Source of the DNA: a virus | Direction: 5' to 3' (one strand) | DNA length: 64,000 nt | IMG/VR virus record: IMGVR_UViG_3300048997_000353 | Coordinates: 1-64,000 of that record | In this document: one piece after another, positions 18,650 through 28,763 of the stretch | Layout of the letters: each line of letters begins with the position of its first letter | How positions within the stretch are numbered: position 1 is the first letter of the stretch | The notes under the pieces: model-generated | Databases searched by the model: none | Told to the model about the DNA's origin: nothing | Seen by the model: the letters and a program-made list of their open reading frames with translations, nothing else | Translations under genes and position numbers: made by a program

Positions 18650-19783
18650 TCATTCCCAACGCAAGAAGATGCCTTTAACACAATTGTTCACCGTATGAGC
18701 GAACACTTGATTTTTACTAAACACAAAATTGTGTGTAGCGCCCAACAGAGTGGTTGAGATAACTGACCCTTCTGTAAAATCAACTGTCTCGCCAATAGAA
18801 AGCATCAAGGTAGGCCAATCAAAATACCCCACATTCGGAAACACTGACGATATAGCAAATGTTCCATTGAATAAACCTGAAACAGTCCCTCCGTTTGTAT
18901 TATAATTAGGATAAATTGCAGTCAATTGGCTTACGCCACCGCTGTTCGTGTTCTGTAAAATCGTTGCCATCCCAACCCCAAACACTATCGCCTGAGTTAC
19001 GAATCCATTGGAGACACACTTACCCGCAAATAAATTCACATACGCAGAGGTGTCAGCACCCGCGCTAGTGTGCGATCTATCAATTGCCACAAATGCATTC
19101 CAAGAGCTAGGGGCATCTCTCCACATCATCATTCCAAAATAATTTGTGCTTCCGCTAAACAAACAATTGTATGTTAGGGATACACCACTGTTTGCTCCTG
19201 GTTGTAAGGTCTGTTCTGTACCAGACGTGCCAGAAAGAGTCCCCGCTCCGTTTGTGGTAGTCCCTATATTAACTTTGATAGAAGGCTGAGAGCTTCCATT
19301 GAGACCGTAAGAAATCTTCAGATAAAATTGCGTTCCGCCATCACCCGGTCCCCAAATCTCATACAGATAATTGCTGGCCGCTGGCAATACAGAAGCCGTA
19401 GTTGTCCCTGATCCAGCGTGCGTCTCGTTCGCCTGCGTCGAGAGCACCACCGTCACCGTTCCACTCGCTCCTCCAGAAACCGCCGTCAAAGTCGCTGTGA
19501 CGTTATTTCCTCCCGTTCCGAACCCAGTGAAAATCACCGACATGCCGACTCGTGGAGTAGGTCCGGTGAATGACGAATAGGAATAGACAGCGTTTGCTCC
19601 AACTGTGACTTGTGTCAGAGTCAACACCGTAGCTACCCAAACCGCCTGTCCTGTGTCGTTGGCTTGAATCCAGCCAAACGTGGCAAGCGCATTACTAATT
19701 CCATAACCCCAGCCCTTCGTCGTGTCATTCAGACTGGCGATTACACTTACATCGTGAAGTAATTGCGTATTTATTGTTGCCAC
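18650..19783 (-). CDS. Putative tail fibre/receptor-binding protein
   Basis: GTG start after GAGGAG; G/T/S-rich, visibly more AT-rich 3' half; position in the fibre region. Confidence 0.6.
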   Translation of the reverse strand: MATINTQLLHDVSVIASLNDTTKGWGYGISNALATFGWIQANDTGQAVWVATVLTLTQVTVGANAVYSYSSFTGPTPRVGMSVIFTGFGTGGNNVTATLTAVSGGASGTVTVVLSTQANETHAGSGTTTASVLPAASNYLYEIWGPGDGGTQFYLKISYGLNGSSQPSIKVNIGTTTNGAGTLSGTSGTEQTLQPGANSGVSLTYNCLFSGSTNYFGMMMWRDAPSSWNAFVAIDRSHTSAGADTSAYVNLFAGKCVSNGFVTQAIVFGVGMATILQNTNSGGVSQLTAIYPNYNTNGGTVSGLFNGTFAISSVFPNVGYFDWPTLMLSIGETVDFTEGSVISTTLLGATHNFVFSKNQVFAHTVNNCVKGIFLRWE

Positions 19784-19785
19784 AG

Positions 19786-21513
19786 TTAGCTCCTCGTCAT
19801 TTCTATTAAAATCGTGACGCGTGTCAGAGTGGCCGCTGAGGTCACATTGAATCCAATCACGTCCCACTGTGCGACCGCTGTTGTCCAGGTCGAGACTCCA
19901 GCCGCAGCGACTGCACCCGATTGCGCAGAGGATAAAGAGATGGGAGCGGATGCGCTAATCTTGTCTGTTGTCGTGTTTGGAATCGTCGGCGCGGATGGCG
20001 GCGCCGACGAAGAATGCTTGTCGATGTCTATGGAGATAGATCCGGACTGATCGGCCATAATCGACCAGCCCACGATGGTTGCGCCGTAGGGAATCTGCAC
20101 GTACCCCTTTACGCCCGTGCTGATGACAGAGGAACCTCCGTCGATCGTTATTCCGATGATCCCGGGGATTGCTGCTTTTGCTGAGGCCAGCACTGTTGCA
20201 GGTGATTGGCCAGCATCCTTGACCAATTTTCCTGTAGTGCCGTCAAACTGCACGAAGTCTGAATCTGTAGCTGAGCCCGGGCCCACCACTTTCGCGGCAA
20301 GATCGGTAACGAGCCCGGTTACCTGTGACTCCGCGATATTGGGGATGTCGGCCGCCGTAAGATTATCGATCGCATCTTCCACGAAAGCGGTTGTCGCTAT
20401 TTTGCCTGAGTCATCGCCCGTTGTTGGCGTTGGCGCCGTTGGCGTGCCGGTGAACACAGGGGATGCTAATGGCGCTTTGAGCGCAAGTGCGGCGGCCGTC
20501 GCCGTTGCCAGTGCATCAACGTATGTTTTCGCCGCTTTTTGTGAAGGGGTTTTGGCGTCACTGTTCGCTGCAAATGTTCCGTCAATGGAAAGGGAAAGGC
20601 CGCCATCTTTAATCAGCTTTCCCGTCGTGCCGTCAAATTGGGCGAAGTCGGAATCGACTGCTGATGCAGGGCCTACAACGAGTGTGGCCGAGGGATTATT
20701 TCCGTTCCAACATTCAGCTTCCCCCGTGATACTCGCGTCCGACGCCACGAGGTACAAATTTGTTGCATCGTAGCCGGTTGGCGACTGCAGCCAGATCACT
20801 CCATTCGAAGTCATCCGAATCAGCACAAGCGTGGGCGTCTGTCCGAGGCCATGCGCTACTGTGAAATTTCCCGGAGATCCCGGGGCCAAAGAAACCCTAT
20901 TGAAATTCAAAGGGCCAAGGGCCGGCACGGAAGCCCAAACAATCGCTTTTGCTGTAATTCCCGCATCAGAAGCGGTGAGATAAATATTGGTTCCATCCCA
21001 CTGTGCCGGCTGGAACCAAACCGCGCCGCTCGAAGTCATCTGCACCAGGGCCAAAGCCGGAGAAGAACCAAGTCCATGCGGGACAGAAAAATCTCCGGGC
21101 GCAGAAGGAGCGAGGGGAACGATGACAGATGGAGCGACAGCGAAACAAACGGCAGTGCCGGTGATTCCCGGGTCGCTCGCCACGAGATAAAGATTCGTTG
21201 CATCAAATGCCGTGGGATTTTGCAGCCAAATGCTTCCCCCAGAACTCATTTGAATGAGAACGAAGGCAGGCGCTGCGGCGAGCCCGTGTGCCACAGTAAA
21301 GTTGCCGGGGGCGCCAGGTGCGAGAGCAATCTCTGTTACTGAAAAAGCTGTACCGCTTCCTCCACCCGCACCACCCCAGCCTGAGTCATAATCTGTTCCT
21401 GAAATTTTGGTAAGTACCTGGCCCAAAGTGCCGCCGGCAGGAACGCCCGCATTGGCCCTCGGTAGCGCACCCTGTACCTGGTGTTCAAGATCAACGAGAT
21501 TTTTGTCAGACAC
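19786..21513 (-). CDS. Tail fibre protein with internal repeats
   Basis: GGTLGQVLTKISGTDYD; three copies of LAP..PG(N/D)F(T/S)VxHGL...NxYLxASD; KAPLASPVFTGTPTAPTP...IATTAFV fibre motif. Confidence 0.85.
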   Translation of the reverse strand: MSDKNLVDLEHQVQGALPRANAGVPAGGTLGQVLTKISGTDYDSGWGGAGGGSGTAFSVTEIALAPGAPGNFTVAHGLAAAPAFVLIQMSSGGSIWLQNPTAFDATNLYLVASDPGITGTAVCFAVAPSVIVPLAPSAPGDFSVPHGLGSSPALALVQMTSSGAVWFQPAQWDGTNIYLTASDAGITAKAIVWASVPALGPLNFNRVSLAPGSPGNFTVAHGLGQTPTLVLIRMTSNGVIWLQSPTGYDATNLYLVASDASITGEAECWNGNNPSATLVVGPASAVDSDFAQFDGTTGKLIKDGGLSLSIDGTFAANSDAKTPSQKAAKTYVDALATATAAALALKAPLASPVFTGTPTAPTPTTGDDSGKIATTAFVEDAIDNLTAADIPNIAESQVTGLVTDLAAKVVGPGSATDSDFVQFDGTTGKLVKDAGQSPATVLASAKAAIPGIIGITIDGGSSVISTGVKGYVQIPYGATIVGWSIMADQSGSISIDIDKHSSSAPPSAPTIPNTTTDKISASAPISLSSAQSGAVAAAGVSTWTTAVAQWDVIGFNVTSAATLTRVTILIEMTRS

Positions 21514-23549
21514 TAGGCCCCCACCGCGTTCAAGTTTTCACCCGGCGCTAGCGCACGCAACAAAACAAATCCTGATCCCGTAAAAGTGTAGTCAGATGGA
21601 TCGACGAAGTCGCCGTTGCGGAAGAGAAGCAGAACCGTGACCGGCCTGTCGATCGTGAAAGTCACATGGTCTCCGGAATCGGTAATCACGAGTGGCACGA
21701 GTATCGGTCCCGCGGACGAACCGCCATTCCCTCCTGTACCGCCGCCGTAATGAGTCACGACGATTGTTCCAATGCGGATGAAACCGGCCGTGTTCCACTT
21801 GGTTTGGTTCGAATCGCAGAACGCGTTGAGTGTCGTACCGATCCCTGTATCACCGATGTGGCCTGGATCCTGTATCGTCACCCAGTACTGCTGCACGTTC
21901 CCGACTCCCGGATCAGCGACGGCAAATGTTCTCGTATTGTAATTTGTGATTACGCCGCTCGGACTGAATGTGGCTGTGCACTGCGCCATACTCACGACAT
22001 ACAACCCGACTGGTTGCGTAAGTGGATTGGCTGGGGAAATCGAATATGTTTCCGCGGCGACGCCACTCACTTGCGAAACAACCCCGGTCACGGTGTACGG
22101 ATAAGCGGGCAGTGTGGCAATGTTCTGCTGTGCCTGCCTGAAAATGTTAAATGCTGCGAATTTGAAATAGAGCGTTTTCCCAATCCACTTGGGATCGAGC
22201 GGAGCCTTGAAGATCGGATCATGCAAGTAAATGAACGCGGTCCGCGTATCAAGAGTTATGTCTGCAGGGAAGGCAACGGAGAATCCTATGCCGCTGTTGC
22301 CGACGACGGTCCAATTTGGCGTATAGGTACCCGCCGTCGCTTGTACTTTGTATGCAGCCTGCGCTGATCCAAAGCTGCCCGCCGCCGAATACCCAGAGGG
22401 CGCGGTCAACGTAGTGTCATTATGAACGAACGTGAATATGAGTCCGTTCGGAGTGGATGTCGTAACCGGCCCGCCCGGCGCCCAGGTGCCGCTGCCTGCC
22501 AAATTATCTCCGGCCACAGCGCTATCGAATGTAGATGCCGGGTCCAGACCACTAATTTCGTTGAACGATGCGCGGATAAACGATGAGCTATTCGCACCGG
22601 GACAGTTGACAGTAATGGTCATCGTACCGCCGGCGGTAATGTCCGCGTACCAGCCCATGCAGAGATAGGATGGGCGCACGTGACTTATGATTGGCTTCCA
22701 CACGTTGCCCAGATTGTCGATGATGTTCGCCGCCGTAAATGGCGGTGGCAAAAATGCGTTCATCGCAACTATTACACGGTTGCCTACCGTAACCGGGCTG
22801 GGGAAAGTGTAGACGTTGGAGCCCGCGCCAGTTGATGTGTGCTCCTGCCCCTGCACAAGTGCTGGGGTCGCGTAGGTGGTGACGCCCGGGGCATGCGCCA
22901 CGCCCATGCCCACAGTTGGTGCTGAATAAACGGCACGCCGGATCTCGTTGCCTGCCCCGGTAGCTTTAAGCGTGTACTTGTTGGCGGCAGCCAGTTGTGC
23001 GGTTGTGTACGCGATTATTTCGTAGGGAATGGCACCGGCGCCCCCTTCCACAACGCACAGCGACACGAATGCGTCTGCCGTCGAGGCTGGGAACGACGCG
23101 AGGGAGCCGAGCGATGCAGTTAAATCCACACTTAGATCATTGGTTGTGTCCGGATCCGCCGCTGCCGGCCACGTACTGCCGGTCACGGTACCCAAGGTGC
23201 TTTTGCCAGGCAAAACACCGATGGATTGGTAGCTGGCTGCTGCGTCGATGGAAAGGAATATTTCACAGCCGCCATAATTTGGATTCTTTGCCGGAATCCC
23301 TATCCATAGCTCGGCTGCATTTCCATCCGTGATCAACCGTAGGATCGGCTCAAAGAAATAGGGCAGGCCAACCGAACCTGGACTGACTTGTGCGTTAATC
23401 GATCCGGGATTTGATCCCTGCGCTGCTGGTAAATGGGGGGAGTTACCTCCATAGAAAAACGGTTCCGCTTCGCAGTCGATCGAGCCATCGTCCGCGAAGC
23501 TTACTTTGGTCAGTCTCCACAACAACAATCCCGTAAGCGATGACGACAT
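21513..23549 (-). CDS. Tail tip/host-specificity protein, C-terminal part
   Basis: YEIIAY..AQL...YTL...RRAVY and IGKTLYFKFAAFNIF motifs typical of GTA/siphovirus tip proteins. Confidence 0.75.
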   Translation of the reverse strand: MSSSLTGLLLWRLTKVSFADDGSIDCEAEPFFYGGNSPHLPAAQGSNPGSINAQVSPGSVGLPYFFEPILRLITDGNAAELWIGIPAKNPNYGGCEIFLSIDAAASYQSIGVLPGKSTLGTVTGSTWPAAADPDTTNDLSVDLTASLGSLASFPASTADAFVSLCVVEGGAGAIPYEIIAYTTAQLAAANKYTLKATGAGNEIRRAVYSAPTVGMGVAHAPGVTTYATPALVQGQEHTSTGAGSNVYTFPSPVTVGNRVIVAMNAFLPPPFTAANIIDNLGNVWKPIISHVRPSYLCMGWYADITAGGTMTITVNCPGANSSSFIRASFNEISGLDPASTFDSAVAGDNLAGSGTWAPGGPVTTSTPNGLIFTFVHNDTTLTAPSGYSAAGSFGSAQAAYKVQATAGTYTPNWTVVGNSGIGFSVAFPADITLDTRTAFIYLHDPIFKAPLDPKWIGKTLYFKFAAFNIFRQAQQNIATLPAYPYTVTGVVSQVSGVAAETYSISPANPLTQPVGLYVVSMAQCTATFSPSGVITNYNTRTFAVADPGVGNVQQYWVTIQDPGHIGDTGIGTTLNAFCDSNQTKWNTAGFIRIGTIVVTHYGGGTGGNGGSSAGPILVPLVITDSGDHVTFTIDRPVTVLLLFRNGDFVDPSDYTFTGSGFVLLRALAPGENLNAVGA

Positions 23550-25111
23550 CAGATGAGAAATCCAGGTCCAGAAGGATCGATAGCTATCAAATCCATCGGC
23601 TCAAGATACATGTGCCGCGGCGTAAGTTTGAATTTCATGGTCATCTTTTGTGTGATCGCCGACCGCTTGACAAGCGGCGTACCTACGGTCGTCGCTGTAA
23701 GCGCGTCGTTGATCCAGTGATATGTTTTGGCGCTATCGAGACGCGCGCCCCACTCTGAAAGCGAGGATCCCTCGACCACGGGGACTTGGTTTATTGCGTA
23801 ATCATTGTTCCGGTCCAGGTATTCGATCGGAAGAATATTTTTGGAGTCCTCCTGCGTTGTTCTGGTGATTAGGATTGGGGCTTTGTCCTTCTCGCAAATG
23901 AAATCCGGAGCCGTGAGAGTGACAACGGGACCTGCAGCGGTTGGCGCGTTATAGGTTGTGCCATTGCCAACCTGCGAAACTTCCGACCAAGGTATCCCCT
24001 TGAGTACGCCCTCGCTCCACACGGGCGCAGTGTTCGCGATGTCGAAGAGATCCTGAAGAATCTGAGAACCGCTGGTTTGACTATCCAGATAGCAGGAAAT
24101 CCAGATTCCATTCGCATCGCAGTAGTCCCGCATATTGGTGTAATCGCCAAGAATAGTCAGCGGGCCGCTCGTTTGTTGAAGCACGGACGAGGCATTCAAT
24201 CCATGCGGAGACATGACAACCAGATTTACTATGTCAGCCGGGTTCACGTCCGCGTTCGGCGATGCAGTGCCCCACCCGAGCGTTTCCCATCTGACCTCTG
24301 GAAAAACCGGATTCGGGCCAAGATCCGCGTTGCCGACTGCGATGCCGCCCACGTCCTCGTACACGATTGGCTCAGCGACATGATGGCTCGCGCCCAAAAG
24401 AGGCTCAAAAACTTCGCCATTCGTGAGGGCTAGCGGCGTGTTCTGTGCTGCTGTCTGGTACGCGAAATAAACAGTAACCGTTTTCCCGTTCAGTGCGGAG
24501 TTGATCGGAATCGTGTGGCTCGCGCCAACAGAGGCGGCCTGCGTGAATGTGTAGGGCGACCGCGCAGACCCAGCCAAGGGCGTTTGGGAACTTGGATCGT
24601 AGAAAAAGAAGGCCGAGTTCCACAGAGCCTTCTGGTACGTGCCGGTGTAGTTGACCGGGCCGGTGCCCCCAAAATCATCAAGAGTTACGTTGTAGGGCAA
24701 AGCCACTGTGACTGCGAGATTCTGGATGAGCACGCCATTGCCCGGAACGGCAATCGTGACCGCGCCAGCAGACACGACGCCACGCCAAAACCCATAGAAG
24801 ACAGGGTATCTCGCTTGGTTGACCCAGAGGCTCAGAACCGACTGCAAGGGTTGCGATGTAAATTGATTTTCGCGGGTGCGACCAAATCCCATGGTTCCGA
24901 GCAAGTGCGAATAGTCGGCGAAATAGGTTCCCTTCACGCCTTTCTTGTTTGCTTTTTTTCCGCCAGGAACCAATGTTACGGGTCCGCGCCAAATGCAGCG
25001 CGGTGCGGCTTGGACTCGGCCCGCGATAAGAGGAATGCACTGCGCGTTCTGCGACTGAATCATCGGAACGCTCATGACTGCACTCGGCTGAGATCCTGTG
25101 GGCTTAAACAT
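23549..25111 (-). CDS. Tail tip protein, N-terminal part (Phage-tail_3-like)
   Basis: DVNPADIV, YCDANGIWIS, WSEGVLKGIPW, IEYLDRNNDY, YLEPMDLIAI. Confidence 0.8.
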   Translation of the reverse strand: MFKPTGSQPSAVMSVPMIQSQNAQCIPLIAGRVQAAPRCIWRGPVTLVPGGKKANKKGVKGTYFADYSHLLGTMGFGRTRENQFTSQPLQSVLSLWVNQARYPVFYGFWRGVVSAGAVTIAVPGNGVLIQNLAVTVALPYNVTLDDFGGTGPVNYTGTYQKALWNSAFFFYDPSSQTPLAGSARSPYTFTQAASVGASHTIPINSALNGKTVTVYFAYQTAAQNTPLALTNGEVFEPLLGASHHVAEPIVYEDVGGIAVGNADLGPNPVFPEVRWETLGWGTASPNADVNPADIVNLVVMSPHGLNASSVLQQTSGPLTILGDYTNMRDYCDANGIWISCYLDSQTSGSQILQDLFDIANTAPVWSEGVLKGIPWSEVSQVGNGTTYNAPTAAGPVVTLTAPDFICEKDKAPILITRTTQEDSKNILPIEYLDRNNDYAINQVPVVEGSSLSEWGARLDSAKTYHWINDALTATTVGTPLVKRSAITQKMTMKFKLTPRHMYLEPMDLIAIDPSGPGFLI

Positions 25112-25550
25112 TCTCTGTTTCCTTTACATAGGGATCAAAGAAACACTTGTCCCAATGGATCCACATGGGGTCAAATTCTCCATTCACCTCGCGGACGCCG
25201 CGCGGACCTGCGTGGATGAGCATTGGCCACTCGACGATTATGCCCGCATGGGAGAACACGCGGCCGACGCGAACCAAAGCGACATCCCCTGGTTGTGGCT
25301 GAGTAGTTAACGGCAATTCGAGCGCGTGCCTGACCATCCGCATCTTGTAGTGTTCGACGTCCGTGTGGAAGTGCCAGTCGCGGCCAAAAAAACCATAATC
25401 GTCGGCATTGAATATTTCACAGTGTTCGAATACGGCCGCGATGAATTGCGCGCAATCCACTCCCGTTCCCTTGATCCGGGCTCCAAAGTGGAAGGGCGTG
25501 CCAATCCAAGAGCGCGCTTCTGCAATTACGGCTAAACGCTTTTCGCTCAT
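25104..25550 (-). CDS. NlpC/P60 tail-associated peptidase
   Basis: EARSWIGTPFH...GVDCAQF...PQPGDV...FSHAGI...LIHA. Confidence 0.92.
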   Translation of the reverse strand: MSEKRLAVIAEARSWIGTPFHFGARIKGTGVDCAQFIAAVFEHCEIFNADDYGFFGRDWHFHTDVEHYKMRMVRHALELPLTTQPQPGDVALVRVGRVFSHAGIIVEWPMLIHAGPRGVREVNGEFDPMWIHWDKCFFDPYVKETENV

Positions 25551-26581
25551 ATGCCATCCACCGGGTTTGGCACGAATGGAAACCCGTTATAGAGCGGATC
25601 CGATCTTTGCGGATTTCGCGTTGAATAGGCGTCAAATGCGAAGCCGACGGTGTACCCCGCTGAGTACGCGTTCTGATCGTACGGAAACGGTTGACTCAAC
25701 AGGAACGTGAGCGTGCCCTGGAATCCTACATTAGGATCGCTGATGCTGTGCGCGATCCCCCTCCGCATGGCAAGCAGCGGGCCTTGGACCCACACCACAA
25801 AGCCGCCATCAAAATATCCACTCGGAGGCAGCGTGTATCCCGATGGCCAATTTTGACTGACGAGTACGCTGGGCGTAGTCCCAACCCGCTCTGCCATGAG
25901 CGTGATCGCGCCGATCGTTGATCCATACCGTTGCGTTGAGCCGGCATAGGCCAGCGGATCAAGGGTAGCGAATCTCGAGTTGGGACCAATGAGCTGCGAC
26001 GGGACCTGTTGGTTTTGCTGATTAATAATACTGCCCACCGAGAACGTGATCTCACCACCGGTGACGTCGATTGCGTCCACCATGCCGGTGTGCAGAAGGC
26101 AGACGCCGTAGGTGTTGGGATCATAGACGGGCGGGTTCCCGAGGGCTGGCATCACAACTTTGTAAACTGAAATATAGGCCCCATCAAAAACTCCTTGCAG
26201 CACTCCCTGAACAATCGAAAGGGGAGGCGTGGGAACATTTGCTGTGGCCACGGTTGCGGGCAGGACTAGATCATTCGGACCCGGATTCCAGACAACCTGG
26301 AAGCCCTGGTAGTCGATCCCGATTTCGAAGTTCATTGTTGCGGGCTTGATGGCCGCCGTGCTGAATGTGCCAATTGGAGGAAAAAGAAAAGCCGCCGGAC
26401 AATCTGTGAGAAGGATGGGATTTTTCAAATAGGACGCGGTGCCGTCACTTGGATTCGATGTCCAACGGCCGAGCTGTATCTTTACGGCCGTATAGATGAC
26501 CGGCACGCTTGCTCCGTTGAGGTACGCTATCGCAGCAACCGTAGAATTTCCGCCGCTGCCGTCCGTGAATTTTCTGCTCAT
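25547..26581 (-). CDS. Baseplate hub-like protein (DUF2163/BR0599-like)
   Basis: Start MSRKF at 26581; GVFDGAYI, GYFDGGFVVW, C-terminal YNGFPFVPNP. Confidence 0.75.
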   Translation of the reverse strand: MSRKFTDGSGGNSTVAAIAYLNGASVPVIYTAVKIQLGRWTSNPSDGTASYLKNPILLTDCPAAFLFPPIGTFSTAAIKPATMNFEIGIDYQGFQVVWNPGPNDLVLPATVATANVPTPPLSIVQGVLQGVFDGAYISVYKVVMPALGNPPVYDPNTYGVCLLHTGMVDAIDVTGGEITFSVGSIINQQNQQVPSQLIGPNSRFATLDPLAYAGSTQRYGSTIGAITLMAERVGTTPSVLVSQNWPSGYTLPPSGYFDGGFVVWVQGPLLAMRRGIAHSISDPNVGFQGTLTFLLSQPFPYDQNAYSAGYTVGFAFDAYSTRNPQRSDPLYNGFPFVPNPVDGI

Positions 26582-28089
26582 TATCCCGCCACAGTCACAA
26601 ACGTGAGTTCCTGTAATTCGTACAACTGATATGTGAAGGCACTGAAATCTGCCTGCCCCTGCTCGAAGCGCACGCGAATCGTTGGATCCGCTAAATTTTT
26701 CGTGAGCTTGGAGAGCGGAAGTAAAAATGAAAGGGCATCGCCGCGTTGCGCGCGCCAAAAAGCACGGATGATTGCCAATTCATTCGCTCCAATGATGACG
26801 GGATACACGAGAGGACCAATGACGGTTGGCACCACATTGGCGAATGCGTATCCCTGTGCGCGCGGCACTCCCGGAGGGATGAACCCAAAATGAAATGTGC
26901 CCACCGTCAGCACAAGCGAAGGCGTCGCGTCAAACACATAGCTTGGGGTACCGTCGTCAGTGGCGAAGTCGTCGGAAGTCCAAAAGAGACCATCGGGATC
27001 CGCGGCCAGTGCCCCGGTTGTTGACCCTGGTGAAGTTCCGGTAGCAATAGTTCCGCTCGGGATGGAGATACTTTGTACTGTTGAACCATTGACCAGATCC
27101 AGCGTACTGGCGACGGGATTGATGACCATCGAGCCAGCAACACTCCCCGTGAAAGTGATTCGTGTGAATGTCAAACCGACCAGGTCCAGCTTATAAACGT
27201 CCACTCCCACGCTGGTGCGATTCGCCATGACCCACGCGATGTGAGTTCCCACGTCATAGGTAACCTGGATAAATGAAATGAGCGGGGCGAAAGTAGTTAC
27301 CGACCACGTTTGAATAAGGGAACAGGTGACCGTATCAATGAGATAGATGTGATCCGCCGTGAAAGCAAGGACGTTGGCGCCCACCACGTTGGATAAATTT
27401 AGGCTACCTGCGTCCGGTGCTGTGAATACGGACGTCGCCGTACCGAGAACCGGGTCCAGTTTATAAACTTGTGAACCAGCGCAAAAAATAACTGTGCTAT
27501 CCCCAACCGACCATCGAGGCGAGCCGTTCTGATAATTAGAAATACTGAGATCCACGTTCATGGTGGCGCTGATACTCATGGGAGAGGTCAGCGTCAACAC
27601 GGCGGGCTGGGTGACGGTTTGGTTGACATTTTGCCTGAGCACGTTGTAGTGGATTTTGATATGTGTGACCGGGTCTGGACCTTGTGCGATCCGGGATTCA
27701 TAGCCTGGCGCTTCTGATTTATAAAGCAGTGTCCTGAACTCGTCATCGATGTGCACGTCCCAATCGAGACCTGGCAAATCCGGGAAAGTTTCAACCGGTG
27801 CTGGCGGAGCGGAGGTGGTTATAACCGGCGGAATAACCGCAATGCGCGTCAACCACAGCGTTGAAGTGCCTAACCCATTCTGCAAGAACGCCCAAAAGTT
27901 GGGGGTATTGCCCTCCTGGACGAGCCCGCCGCGCAAACCTGATACGAAATTGCCTTCACCGTTCACGTGAATCGCTGGCGTTGTGGAGCCAGAAAACAAT
28001 AGTGATCCGTCGTCGCGGCGATTCACAGACACACCGCTGTAGTTATTGCCTTGAATTATAACGATCGGTATTGGATCAAGTAGACTCAT
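26581..28089 (-). CDS. Second DUF2460-like distal tail protein with a large internal insertion
   Basis: FPDLPGLDW...GYESRIAQGPDP and IRAFWRAQRG...VRFEQ...YELQELTFVTV parallel the upstream gene, separated by a beta-rich insert. Confidence 0.7.
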   Translation of the reverse strand: MSLLDPIPIVIIQGNNYSGVSVNRRDDGSLLFSGSTTPAIHVNGEGNFVSGLRGGLVQEGNTPNFWAFLQNGLGTSTLWLTRIAVIPPVITTSAPPAPVETFPDLPGLDWDVHIDDEFRTLLYKSEAPGYESRIAQGPDPVTHIKIHYNVLRQNVNQTVTQPAVLTLTSPMSISATMNVDLSISNYQNGSPRWSVGDSTVIFCAGSQVYKLDPVLGTATSVFTAPDAGSLNLSNVVGANVLAFTADHIYLIDTVTCSLIQTWSVTTFAPLISFIQVTYDVGTHIAWVMANRTSVGVDVYKLDLVGLTFTRITFTGSVAGSMVINPVASTLDLVNGSTVQSISIPSGTIATGTSPGSTTGALAADPDGLFWTSDDFATDDGTPSYVFDATPSLVLTVGTFHFGFIPPGVPRAQGYAFANVVPTVIGPLVYPVIIGANELAIIRAFWRAQRGDALSFLLPLSKLTKNLADPTIRVRFEQGQADFSAFTYQLYELQELTFVTVAG

Positions 28090-28763
28090 AGATCCCGCGT
28101 TGTCACCAATGAGATTTCCTGCAGCTCGTACAACTCAAACATGAAAGCATCAAAATCGGCATTGGCTTTTTCGAACCGCACGCGGTAATACCAAGAAAAG
28201 TCCGCGGTGACTGGCAGTGTTGGCGAAGAACCGAACTGGATGACGACGCCCGGGTAAGACGCGCTTCCGTACGTTCGGCTACCACTCGCTGTCCAATAAT
28301 TCCACTGGCCCGCGATTGGAACTGTGTTCGGCACCCCGCCCGGCGTGATCGGACTGCCGTTGGCGTAAATGTTTGTAATCGTATTTACTTCATAAATCGT
28401 TTCTGGGTTGCCGCCCTCGGTTCTGATCAGGGACGCATAATTATTGCCGTCCACGGTGAGAACCTGTCCCGCGATTGACGAATCGATAGGATTTTTTGTG
28501 AGCGACGTGGGATCCAGCAGAAAAGAATCGAATTGCCCTTTCCTTGCGCTGAAAAATGCGCGGAGAGTGTTGAGCTCATCCAGCCCGGGATAATTCCTGA
28601 GAAATTCATATTCGAGCTTGATGGCGAATGTGGGGTCAGGGCCTTTGGAAATCCGCGTTTCACTCCCGGGTAGGGCTGTTTGATAAATTTGAGTATTGAA
28701 CACGTCGCTGAGCGTCATGCCCCACATGAGGCCGGGGAGCGTAGGGAAAAGTGCATTGCTCAT
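28086..28763 (-). CDS. Distal tail protein (DUF2460-like)
   Basis: LFPTLPGL, LRAFFSARKGQFDSFLLD, VTADFSWYYRVRF; follows the tape measure gene. Confidence 0.85.
   Translation of the reverse strand: MSNALFPTLPGLMWGMTLSDVFNTQIYQTALPGSETRISKGPDPTFAIKLEYEFLRNYPGLDELNTLRAFFSARKGQFDSFLLDPTSLTKNPIDSSIAGQVLTVDGNNYASLIRTEGGNPETIYEVNTITNIYANGSPITPGGVPNTVPIAGQWNYWTASGSRTYGSASYPGVVIQFGSSPTLPVTADFSWYYRVRFEKANADFDAFMFELYELQEISLVTTRDL

Noticed and set aside
19786-21513. Diversity-generating retroelement template/variable repeats in the fibre gene
   Set aside because: The repeats are ordinary protein domain repeats; no reverse transcriptase and no adenine-specific mismatch pattern seen
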